Positions 50,115-64,000 of a stretch of DNA of 64,000 bases are shown one piece after another. The notes under the pieces are model-generated. The model saw only the letters and a program-made list of their open reading frames with translations. It did no database searches and had not been told where the DNA came from. Location of the stretch: NCBI GenBank assembly GCA_051294375.1, contig CM119268.1:5710950-5774949 (forward strand), read 5' to 3'. The translations under genes and the position numbers were made by a program. How positions within the stretch are numbered: the stretch's first letter is position 1; every line of letters starts with the position of its first letter. The stretch is from Paraspadella gotoi (taxonomy: Eukaryota > Animalia > Chaetognatha).

Positions 50115-51516
50115 TTTGGACCCTTTGATCCAGCTGAGCTCTGCGGGCTGTCTGGAGCACCGATGTAAAGTTGCCCACGGCGTCGCGGCGATCTTTCGGC
50201 ATGCTGGGGCGTATTTGAGTCGGCGGCGGGGCAGTCGGGGCCGTGCGTGGTCACGGCCGATGGGGGCGTGGCATCTTTTGACGCTTCTTGACCTTGAAGA
50301 TTGCGAATGAGCTTGACGCTTGGACGGGGCTTTTCGGCGGCTTCCGATCTGCTTTTGCTTTTTTCTTTTGTTAAGTCGGCGCTAGGCTTTATGGTCGGCT
50401 CAGCGCGTTCTGTAACTGTTTTTTTGGGAGGGAAAAAGTGGGAAGAGGGAAAAGGTAAGAAACGTAATGTATTCGTTAAATGATTGTACGTAGCATTAAG
50501 CGAAATTTTAATATTGTGTAAATAAGATCAATTAAACTTTATTAGCCGTTTCAGAAGGGTCATGAAAGAAATAAAAAGAAAAATAGATTGGCTTGGAAGC
50601 CTAGGGCGCGTGCATCGTAAGGCACTGCGTCAGAACATATAGGGGCAGTTATATTTCAAAAAATATAGCGCAGAAAACGCGTACTGCACGACGGCCTTGG
50701 TAATCGGCCTCTTTTTTTTTTGGTTTTCAGTGAATAATCTTTGCTTTAGGACTCGTTTTCGGATGCATTTTCGTACCGGCGAATCGTTTTTTTGATGAAC
50801 GGATCGAAGAACTTCTTCGTCATATATGCATTATAACAAAATGCATGCACTAGCGAGATGCGAGTTTCAACAAAAGAGCAACTCTATCAAGTAGTTCATT
50901 TGTGGCGCAAAAGAAAGAGAGTCTTTTTTTGAGGATTTTTAAATTTTTTTTTATAATGGGCTTTTGAGTTCGGCTGTTCAACTGGACTCGAAATTTTAAC
51001 CCTAATTATATAGTGAAGGGAAAAAGGTGGAAGGAATGAAAGTCAATTTAATGGAGATTATTAATTTATTAGCTCAATCAAAGTATCAAATTCTATAAAT
51101 ATAATGTTAAAAGGTTATAATTGTTTAAATTATAAAAAAATTGTTATTTATTTTTTAAAGTTTGTGTAACGTGGAGAGGAATGGAGGGGCTTAAATTATT
51201 AATCCAATTTGTTTAAACTATAAATATAGTAAAGATGCAACGAAGCCTATCACATCGACGGACAAAAGACGTATTGATCGTTTGTTCACCGCATCGATCG
51301 ATCGCAATCCGGTTCGTTGAGAATCATACTCATTGACTGCGACGCAATAAGAGCGTTGGCGTCGATCACACCTATTGGCCGCTGACGCGAGAGCCGACTC
51401 TGCGATTGGCTAATTGAAAACCTGCGCAATTCTTTGAAAACGGTGAATGCGTGTGATTCTTGCGTGAATCGTACGCGAAATGGGAGGCTCATCCTTGCAC
51501 TCAGGGGTGAGTGAGT

Positions 51517-51586
<70 letters not shown>

Positions 51587-52340
51587 ATTCCGTTCCTAAA
51601 TTGACATTTAAGACCAAGAAATGACCTATAAAACAATAACTAATTCATATTATAAAAATATCGGAAACATTCAAGTTAAATAGTTACATAACTCTCTTCC
51701 TTACTTTTTTTTCTTACGCTTTGTTTTCCTATTTTTTTCATCGAAATTCAACTAAACTGTAATGAAATAAAAATATAAGATAATGAAATTAATATAATAA
51801 AAAAATGTTTGTCAACGCGAGTCAGTAACTTTGAAAAAATTTCTGAAAACTCATTAAATTTGGCCAAAAACAACAAAAATATAAAGAATCAAGACGCTAA
51901 ATGGACTAAAACAAAAGTTTAGTTGTCCTCTATAAACTCACTAATTAAAGTGACAAAGATATGTTTATAATACATATTGAATAAATTATTAATTATTATT
52001 TATTTGTTATTTTTAATGGTATTATTAATATTCTACTGCCTATCACGCCAACGAGTATGTCGTAATTAAGTATAGAAATATCGCACAAATATCAGAAGAT
52101 TCCTTGTAAGAGTTTACTATTTTATTATTATTATTATAATAGAAATGACGTAGTAATTCAAATTGCGATTTCCTCTGCACAAACTCTTCACAACCGCTGC
52201 CTTTTCGTTCATTTTTTTATGTGAATCGTGATTTCACAGAATATTTACAAGTGGCAAAGAATCTCGACCGCGTTTTCACCGGTTATGACAGGAAGGAACA
52301 AGTTTTCTGCTTCACTCGGTTTCTCTTCTCTCTCTGCTAG

Positions 52341-52375
<35 letters not shown>

Positions 52376-52578
52376 ATTCTCTCTTGTATGAAATTGCATA
52401 ACTTAAAAATTTAAAAATAGATTATACACATAGATCTTTCTAAATTCGGTTTGTAAGTTCTTTTAGATCATAAATACAAATATATCATCATATTTGTTCT
52501 TTTAAAACATTCTCAGTTTTGTCGGTAAATAAAAGGATAAATAGCCAATGTACATATAAATGTTTTGATTAATAAAGG
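50115..52578 (-). repeat. ~2.4 kb inverted copy of 56340-58615, including a corrupted copy of GNMT exon 1 (~50140-50275)
   Basis: 51241-51340 is the near-exact reverse complement of 57555-57655. 50160 cgatgtaaagttgcccacggcgtcgcggcgatctttc is the noisy reverse complement of GNMT exon 1. Confidence 0.9.
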
Positions 52579-52589
52579 TAATTTGAATT

Positions 52590-53836
52590 AGAGTTCGCGA
52601 TAAGGGCACGTTATTTTTTTAGGGAAATCGGCGTTAAGCCGTGCTAAAACTAAGTGGCGATTTCTTCTTAAGGTGCGGCTTAAAGCGGGCGTTAGATGCG
52701 GTTAATTTTATAATTTATAATAAGGCATAATCTATCAATGTTATTTGTAATATATTGGTTTTGCATTTTTTGCTGCTTTAACGTCTGGTGGCTCCTGAAC
52801 TTGCTCGTAGAATTCGCTGAAGAAGACTTAGAAGCACAGATGATCGGCATTGATAAACGATTATTTCTAGGATTTTGTGTAAGTGCCATATCATATAAAG
52901 CATTATAGGTTAGTTGTTAACAACTATTAGCTTACATTCAATATAGTTGATTTGAGGATGGGGCTATATTTCTGCATTTAATTATTTATGATTATACATT
53001 TTATTTTTCATTATTTTGACATGATTCTTTACCGTTTCAATGTGTACATGCATAAGTTCGCCATATTTAACAGGATATTAGGTTCATTCGTACTAGGTTT
53101 TCATGAGGAAGGACAGTGATCTGAAACAAACAAAGCCGTATTCAACTAGAAACTAACACAGTATACTAAAAAAAAAATTATATTGAGTTTTGCTGGGCAT
53201 TCATCGTGCGAAGTGAGCTTTCAAGAGGGCTATTCAGTATTAATTGTAATATATGTGGACTGAAAAGCTCGTGGCATAAGAAAGCGTGCTCATCTGCTAT
53301 GGGCCCTGGCAAGGATGTATTATGATTAAGATAGCTATAAAAGTTATAAACCTAGAATTAGAGGGTTATTGAGATGTTATTCTCCTTGATATCGCTTGTT
53401 TGGGGCTGTTGTTTTGCGGGTTTTGTAATTCTTATTTCATATGAATTATAGCCCAAATAAGGAATGACGGCATGTATCAGGGATTTTGATCCGACCTAAA
53501 AACTAAATCAAGATTTATTATATGACATAAAAATAAACCAGAGAACATGTTGATTACGGACTCTGTTTTTTTGATTTTCATAGACCTTTGCTTACAGGAC
53601 GGCCATTTGCGGTTGAAGCGGAATGTACCTGCAGAGAGATTGATCGAGATGTTAAGATATATATTATGGAGATACTGAATAATAAAGAATAACTATTAAA
53701 TACTTTTAGTTTGTTTTATTTAGTCAGGCTTTAAATATAAAAATAATAGTAATAACGTCGATCGCCGGCTAATTTCTTTGAAGTAACGTGTTAACGCGCG
53801 TTCAATGTTTAGAGTTAGATATACAAACGCAGCTGT
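52590..53836 (+). mobile_element. Probable non-autonomous hAT-superfamily element (internal-deletion derivative), very noisy
   Basis: Absent from the homologous site at ~56330-56345. CGTTAA/TAACGCG subterminal repeats at both ends. Frame-broken remnants resemble a BED finger (VICNI...SGG..NL.R.L..KH, ~52740-52840) and the hAT dimerisation motif (KK.L.GI....ERLFSI..NI.TEKR, ~53160-53275). A second right-end-like copy lies at ~54650-54768. Confidence 0.5.
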
Positions 53837-54767
53837 AATGTGCTTTTCTTTATTAGCACGGATATATTCGTTTCCTCTCTTTAATAAAAATTAGACCGGA
53901 TATCGGATTCTTCTATAAATTCTCTCTCATTAATACCCAATTATAATAAAATAAACATTTATAATGTACATTGGCGCTAGTTTGTCTTTTTTATTATTTT
54001 TTACCCCTTTTTTTATGGAATTACAGATAATATTTCTAATATATGCATAATCGAGGTGTTTTATTAAAGTATGCAATTTGCTTCTTTTAGTTTTGCAATG
54101 ATCTATTTAAAGAAGGGATTAAAAATGTAGAGGAGTATAATATGATCATAAAGAACTATATAACCCGAACCATGAAAAGGTGATTTATTAAGAATGTAAT
54201 TGTTCTTTAGGGCTAAGATATTTGAAATATTATATATTTATTTTTAATATAGTCATTGTGTAAGTGTGTGGCGAAAAGTTAATGCAAAAAGTTAAATAAT
54301 GGTAATTCAGAAAGGGAGAAAATAAGGAGCAGAAAGAGAAAGGGCGGAGAGAAGAAGGAAAAAGAGTGAGAGAGAGAGAGGAGAAGCTGAGCAAAAAAAG
54401 AAAGAAAGGCAGAAGGAGGATAAATAGGGGAAGAAAGAATAAGGAGAGAGATTAGGATAGAAAAAAGAAGAAATAACAAGGAAAAAAGGCAGGGAAAAGT
54501 GGAGAAGAGAGGAGGGGTAAAAATATGTGAGAAGGGTAGGGATAATACTAGAGTAGGATAGGAAAAAAATAGTGTTTTACTTATTAGAATCGTTAAAGAT
54601 TTCATACGGCAAAAAAAAATGGAAAAAAAATGGGGCAGGCATTTGAAGTATGTAAACCGAATTTAAGCGGCGTTAAATATAAATATATTAACGGTTACAG
54701 TAAAAATTTATTTATAAGGCGACGTTAATGTAACGCGTTAAGCGTGTTAACGGTTATCGAACAGCTA

Positions 54768-55699
54768 GTATTGATTACAGGGCGGCCGCCGCGGCCCCCA
54801 GACCCAGCGTGCTAACTAGGAAGATTGTATGTTGAGTTTAGGCTAAGTCCTTGCTTTTTTTGAAATTCCTGGCAGGCTTTTAAAAGGATCGTTGAGCCGA
54901 AGTGTTTGAGTGACGAATGAAGTGAAGGCTCCATAAGTTAGTAGGTGAATGAGCAGGAAGCGGTAAATTGGGCCAATGTGGTTGCGTCCGCAGTCTAGCT
55001 TTATTTTCACGTGTATTGTGCTGGCTTTGATCAGGCATGGATTGACATGGACATGACTTAACTAGAATCTTTTTTGCCGCGTGTAAAATTGGATGATCAT
55101 GCACTGGCATTACAAAAATCCGGGTCAATTCTTATTCTTTATAGTGTTTAGATTCCTGGAAGGCGGCGGCGGCTAGCAGTCCTTTAGATATGAGGGTTTT
55201 TTCTGTCTTAACAAATGAGGCGCAACGCGCGCGGCCCGCCCGCCATCTATTGACAGACGGCAGACCGACGGATAGACATGAGGCCGACCGACGAACCGAC
55301 AGACCTGAGCAGGGTAGTAGCTCGCGCGGGCAAAGCTAAAAATGAATTATTTAGAACTATACTAATACGAAAAACAGCTTCGGCTAACGTCAAGGCAAAG
55401 TCAACCAATAAAAATGGTTATTTACTGGGCTTTCGCTATGCAGCTGCAGCAGAAAGTTAAAACACGGTAGCCATACACAGAGTTATATGCCGAGATAGGG
55501 TCGACGACAAAAAGCGCTCGCGGGCTCTGGCTGCTGCTTGTCTGGCTGGGCGATGCCTGCTCTGCCGATGCTGCTTCTGCTCTCATCTTTCTCTCTGCTC
55601 TCTGCTCCGGTCTGGCTGCTTCTGCGTCTCGTCATCTCTCCTCTGCTCGCTGCGGGCGCGCGCGGCCGTTCGTGNNNNNNNNNNNNNNNNNNNNNNNNN

Positions 55700-55733
<34 letters not shown>

Positions 55734-56340
55734 CGCGAGCGCTTTTTGTCGCCTTCGATTAACTCTGTGTATGGCTCCGTTTTATCTGTAGTGATAGGAA
55801 AGAGTAAATAACCTTTTTATTGGTTGACTTGGTTGAGTTAGGAAGCTTTTTTTATTTATAGTTTAAATAATTCATTTTTAGTTGCGCCGCGAGTACTCGG
55901 TCGGTCTGTCGGTCCGTCGGTCGGTATGTCTATCCGTCGGTCTGTCTGTCAATAGATGGTTGCTCATTTGTTAAGACAGAAAAAACCTCATATCTAAAGG
56001 ACTGCTAGCGCCGCCTTCAGGAATTCCTAAAACTATAAAGAATAAATGACGGAATTTTGTATGCAGTGCATGTCATCAATACACGGGCAAAAAAGTTCTT
56101 TAGTCATGTCATGTCATGTCATATCATGTGATCAAAGAGAAATACACGTGAAAATAAAGTAACTGCGGCGCAACACATTGGAATTACCGTTCTGCTCATT
56201 CACTACTAACTTTGAGCTTCACTTCATTCGTCACTAAAACTTCGGTCAACGACCTTTTAAAAGTGAGAATTCAAAAAAAGAAGGACTTGTAGAACTCAAC
56301 TACAACTTCCTAGTTAGACGTGGTGGTGTAATCAATACTT
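54768..56340. repeat. Palindrome centred on the N gap at ~55675-55699 (54768-55674 is an insertion-rich reverse complement of 55700-56340)
   Basis: 55170 gctagcagtcctttagatatgagggtttttctgtcttaacaaatgag pairs with 55963-56010. The left arm carries many inserted bases. Confidence 0.9.
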
Positions 56341-56527
56341 TATTAATCAAAACATTTATATGTACATTGGCTAGTTATCTTTTATTTACCGACAAAACTG
56401 AGAATGTTTAAAAGAACAAATATTATGACTATATTTGTATTTATGATCTAAAGGAACTTACAAACCGAATTTAGAAAGATCTATGTATAATCTATTTTTA
56501 AATTTTTAAGTTATGCAATTTTCATAA

Positions 56528-56560
<33 letters not shown>

Positions 56561-57300
56561 AGAGACTCGAGTTAAAAGGAGAAAACTTGTTTCTTCTTGT
56601 CATAACCGGTGAAAACCGGTCGAGATTCTTTGCCACTTGTAAAATTCTGTGAAATCACGATTCACATAAAAAACTGAAGAAGAAGGCAGCGGTTGTGAAG
56701 AGTTTGTGAGAGGAAATCGCAATTTTGAATTACTACGTCATTTCTATTATAATAATAATAATAATAGTAAACTTTACAAGGAATCTCTTGATATTTGTGC
56801 GATATTTCTTGACTTAATTCGACATACTCGTGGCGTGATAGGCAGTAGAATATTAATAATACCATTAAAAATAACAAATAAATAATCATTAATAATTATT
56901 TCAATATGTATTATAAACATATCTTTGTCACTTTAATTAGTGAGTTTATAGAGGACAAACTAAACTTTTGTTTTAGTCAATTTAGCGTCTCCGATTCTTT
57001 TTATATTTTGTTGTTTTTGGCAAAATTTAATGAGTTTTCAGAAAATTCTTTCAAAGTTACTGACTCGCGTTGACAAACATTTTTTTATTATATTTAATTT
57101 CATTATCTTATATTTTTATTTCATTACAGTTAGTTTGAATTTCGATGAAAAAAATAGGAAAACAAAGCGTAAGAAAAAAAAAGGTCGAAGGATTATGTAA
57201 CTATTTAACTTTGAATGTTTCCGGATATTTTTTAATATGAATTAGTTATTGTTATATATAGGTCATTTCTAGGTCTTAAATGTCAATTTAGGAACGGAAT

Positions 57301-57373
<73 letters not shown>

Positions 57374-57409
57374 CTCACTCACTCACCCCTGAGTGCAAGG
57401 ATGAGCCTC

Positions 57410-57525
57410 CCATTTCGCGTACGATTCACGCAAGAATCACACGCATTCACCGTTTTCAAAGAATTGCGCAGGTTTTCAATTAGCCAATCAGAAGTCGGCT
57501 CTCGCGTCAGCGGGCCAATTGGGTG
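57410..57525 (-). promoter_or_regulatory. Candidate promoter divergent from GNMT: two CCAAT boxes 31 bp apart plus TTTGAA (CHR-like) and TTTCGCG (E2F-like) motifs
   Basis: ccaat at 57484 and 57515, ttcaaa at ~57455, tttcgcg at 57413. Immediately followed on the minus strand by ATG GGA GGC TCA TCC TTG CAC TCA GGG|gtgagt. Confidence 0.35.
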
Positions 57526-58436
57526 ATCGACGCAAACGCTCTTATTGCGTCGCAGTCAATGAGTATGATTCTCAACGAACCGGATTGCGATCGATCGATG
57601 CGGTGAACAAACGATCAATACGTCTTTTGTCCGTCGATGTGATAGGCTTCGTTGCATCTTTACTATATTTATAGTTTAAACAAATTGGATTAATAATTTA
57701 AGCCCCTCCATTCCTCTCCACGTTACACAAACTTTAAAAAATAAATAACAATTTTTTTTATTTAAAAATTTAACCTTTTAACATTAATATTTATAGTAAT
57801 TTGATAACTTTGATTGAGCTAATAAATTAATAATGCTCCATTAAATTGACTTTTCATTCCTTCCACCTTTTTCCCTTCACTATATAATTAGGGTTAAAAT
57901 TTCGAGTCCAGTTGAACAGCGAACTCAAAAGCCCATTATAAAAAAAAAATTTAAAAATCCTCAAAAAAAGACTCTCTTTCTTTTGCGCCACAAATGAAAC
58001 TCTTGATAGAGTTGCTCTTTTGTTGAAACTCGATCTCGTAGTGATGATTTTTATAATCATATATGACGAAGAATTTTCGATCCTTCATCAAAAACATCCC
58101 AGTTGAAAGATAAAGATTTTCACTGAAAACCAAAAAAAAAAGGATTACAAGGCCGGTGAGATTTTCTCGTATATTTTTTGAATATAATGTATATTTTGAG
58201 AGCTTACGAATCGCTAGGTTCCAAGCAATCTATTTTCTTTTTATTTCTTTCTGACCTTCTAAACGGTAATAAATTAATTGATTATTTCACAATATTAAAA
58301 TTTGTTAATGTACGTACAATCATTTAACAATACATTACGTTTTTACTTTTCCTTCCCTTTTTCCTCCCAAAAAAACTTACAGACTGACCGACCATAAAAG
58401 CTAAAAAAAAAAAGAAAAGAAGATCGAACCGCGAAA

Positions 58437-58477
58437 AGGTCAAGGTCAAGCTCATTCGCCTCAAGGTCAAAAGGTCA
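58437..58477 (+). promoter_or_regulatory. Cluster of four perfect AGGTCA nuclear-receptor half-sites (DR0 + DR2) just 5' of the GNMT ATG
   Basis: AGGTCA at 58437, 58443, 58464 and 58472; TCAAGGTCA occurs twice. The motifs are certain, the function is not. Confidence 0.3.
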
Positions 58478-58481
58478 AAAG

Positions 58482-61327
<2,846 letters not shown>

Positions 61328-63287
61328 GAAAGATTAGTTGAGATTATTATTTTTGTATTTTGTTTATTCGTCGTTTTAAAGTTAAATTTGTTCTTTTTTC
61401 TCGATTATGTTGAATTCAATTTGAATTTTTTTATTGTTCATACCGTATTATGTTATTATTGATTGTATTTGTTGTCGTTAATCTCTAGCGCAATTAGTTG
61501 ATTTTTTTGCTGAGATTTAAATTGTGCTTTCTCTGTTAAGTTATTGTCTTTTTGATCAATTAAATAATAAGTTATAATTTGGGTAATCAACAGTTTATTA
61601 ATATTTCAAAATGCATAGGATAATTCATTCAATTACAAGAGACAATTGGAATGCTTTTCGAGAGAGAATCCTCCTTTTAAATTAAAAAAAAATCTTAATT
61701 CATTGTAGTACTAATAGATAGTTTACATTTGCCTCGGAATTTATTCACCCTGGACAAAACTTTTCTCCTTTAAAAGAGTTAGTCTCACTCCAATAAATAA
61801 AAAAAAAAATTATTTTATTTAATCACCCTGCACAAAATACGAAGTCACGGAGAATAACTCACACATTTTAGATATTCTTTTTATAAGTTTGTTTTTTCGT
61901 TAGCTGAAAATTAAAAAATAAAATGAAAATTGGGTAAAATTGAGGTAACAAAGTGAGCAGAGCCGAGCTGTTACAAACAGGAAACAGCGGATGGCTTAAA
62001 AAAATAACTAAAAACAAGTCAAAATGCTGTCGTTATTGCGCGTAAAAACAGCCGGGCTAGGCTTCAATATAAACATTGTTTGTTTCAAGTTTTAATAGTA
62101 TAAAGTTCAGGTTTTTTTGCATAGTTTTTTTTCGTAATCATTCTTTTTAAAGCCGGGAAATCGTTTTTGACACTAAAACTACATTATAATTATAATAACA
62201 GATTTTCTTTTAATGACAGTCAAAAAAATAGAAAATACAAAACGAGGATTACTTAAACTACATTTTTGATAAATATTCCACACGAATGTATGTTAGTCTT
62301 TTCGGAAGAATATTAAAGTATTTTGCCTATTAACAATTCCTTAGGCAATCGAATTCGGCATCGGACTAAACAGAGCAAAATAATTTGAAAACGAGTCAAT
62401 GCAAAATTAAATGAGGCAAACGAAATCGAAAACAGGAATTGGGGTACAGTAGCATAGAGATCACTCAAGCTTGAAAAAAAAAAGCCTTCAAGATACAGAG
62501 AAAACCGGACAGAACGACGATTTTGTAAAAGTTTCACTCGTTTTTGTTTAATGACTTTTTATAACGACGAGAGGGAAATACGAAGAATATTTTGATCTGA
62601 GGGAGGGAGAGAAATTAGTTACGAAGAATTGTCTAACGATTTTGTGATATCATCATAACTGTGAGGATTTTCATCTTAGTTAACACGTTTCTTTAAAAAT
62701 TTAATCGTTAAAAGTTTCAAAAACAGCATTCTTGGGTTATTTTAAAGTTATGACCGATGCGTTTACTAAAATCAACATTTAACTATATTTTATTCTCGAC
62801 GGTACCAGAAAAATAACTCATAATCTCCTGTCGCGCAATTTTAGTAAACTTTAATGGGAAATGAATGAATCGGGAATTAATAGTTCATCATAAATGGGTC
62901 ATGGATAAAGGTTCAATGGGACAGTGGACAGGTTACGGCATCGAAAATCGCGTCAAAGAATGACGGTACCCGTAGCAGTCATTGAATAACGTTCAGTTCT
63001 TTAAGCAAATCACAAGAAAGAAAAAAACTATAAATTAACTTTATCAATTCTTTTTTAAATTTATGTAATTTTTTGTAAACTTTTGTATGACTGAAACTGC
63101 AAAATTTTCTCATACTCGGCTCCACGACCCTCGTTTTGCGGCAATCTTGACTAACGACTCAACCGAGTTCGTTAGTTTCTAGTGGGTAAGACTCTTAAAG
63201 CATTGACACGACACGACATGCATTATCTTCTTTCGTGTCTTCCTACCTTCCTTTCATTCTTTCTCCTCTCCCCCCCCGTTCTCTTCC

Positions 63288-63527
63288 TCACATCTTCTTG
63301 ATGAACTCGGGCACCCTCAAGTCCGGACCCGTGATGCACTTCAACGAGCAAACCACGTCCGTCTTGTAGACAGCGAAGATCGGATACAAGGACTCGGAAA
63401 CGTCGAGTCGCGAGAAAGCGAAAATCTCGATGCCTCCGTCGACGTCGTAGAAGCGAAGGAGACGTCGGTCCGCGTCGAGAAGGAGGCCGACCCGGGAGAG
63501 GTTGACGAAGTCGAACGAGCTGAAGAC
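63288..63527 (-). CDS. Terminal exon of a B30.2/SPRY-domain protein (TRIM or FN3-SPRY-like); upstream exons lie beyond the window
   Basis: Acceptor ttccaacag, then VFSSFDFVNLSRVGLLLDADRRLLRFYDVDGGIEIFAF...ESLYPIFAV...ITGPDLRVP...*. This matches the SPRY C-terminal pattern RVG..LD.....L.FYD....I..F.....LYP.F. Convergent with GNMT. Confidence 0.85.
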   Translation of the reverse strand, partial: VFSSFDFVNLSRVGLLLDADRRLLRFYDVDGGIEIFAFSRLDVSESLYPIFAVYKTDVVCSLKCITGPDLRVPEFIKKM

Positions 63528-63849
63528 CTGTTGGAAGTGGTTTGGGGGGGAGGGTGGTTGGGAGAAAGAGAGGGGGAAGGGGGTTTGTGAGTTGGGCGAT
63601 GATGGTAGGAATGAGAAATAGCAATCAGGGTAGATTATGAAAAACCTGTTTTTTAGAATTTTTGTTTTGTTTTTAGCAACCATGTCCTGTCAGCACCAAG
63701 ATAGCTTGTTTATTAAATGAATGAATTATTTTTCTCTATTTTATAAAAAAAGTTTTGGGTTTCAAAAAGAGAAAATGAAAGCTATCTTTAATCACTATTA
63801 AATTATATGTATTATATTTATTTTATTTAAATTGTCGAAAGTCGTCTGC

Positions 63850-63928
63850 GCTAGGATGGCTGGTTAAGGCGTTAGACTTAAGTTCTAATGGACGCGTTGT
63901 CTTCGTGGGTTCGACCCCACTCCTAGCA
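63850..63928 (+). tRNA. tRNA-Leu(TAA), degenerate (likely pseudogene or mis-sequenced)
   Basis: Acceptor stem GCTAGGA/TCCTAGC, anticodon arm TTAGA-CTTAAGT-TCTAA, long variable arm, T stem GTGGG/CCCAC, discriminator A, T5 terminator at 63933-63937. The D arm lacks the usual CGAG and the T loop is 6 nt (TTCGAC). Confidence 0.85.
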
Positions 63929-64000
63929 CAAATTTTTAGTTACGAATTACCTGAAAACAAAGATTTTCTAGACCTCACGTTTCTTAACAAAAAAATCATT

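Noticed and set aside
50140-50280. Second GNMT gene on the minus strand
   Set aside because: Only exon 1 and the start of intron 1 are present, riddled with insertions and inside the large inverted duplicate.

Overview
Eukaryotic (invertebrate-like metazoan) genomic DNA: AT-rich introns, GC-rich exons with GT-AG boundaries, many (GA)n/(GAC)n microsatellites and N gaps. The assembly is visibly noisy, and near-identical copies differ mainly by 1-2 nt indels. Recognisable genes are: (1) a ~15-exon ionotropic glutamate receptor (iGluR) gene on the minus strand, present as three overlapping copies (clean 5' copy 39592-46823, noisy full-length copy 28872-38073, 3' copy 19790-22163); (2) an intact 7-exon glycine N-methyltransferase (GNMT, 58482-61327, +, 306 aa); (3) the terminal exon of a B30.2/SPRY gene (63288-63527, -); (4) a degenerate tRNA-Leu(TAA); (5) a probable CAP/SCP-domain exon near 3.5 kb. 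The main biological signal is the receptor. Its pore loop reads GALVGGGTE (Gly at the Q/R/N site), its gate reads FYTANMAAF, its ligand pocket has the glycine/delta-type S-A-V and W-E residues, and LBD loop 1 carries four cysteines. It lies head-to-head with a GNMT that lacks the usual N-terminal folate-inhibition segment. Large tandem and inverted duplications cover much of the window and are most likely unmerged haplotypes or raw-read fold-backs. Comparing the copies nonetheless exposes a polymorphic fold-back MITE and a hAT deletion derivative. No database search was possible; all family calls rest on motif recognition.
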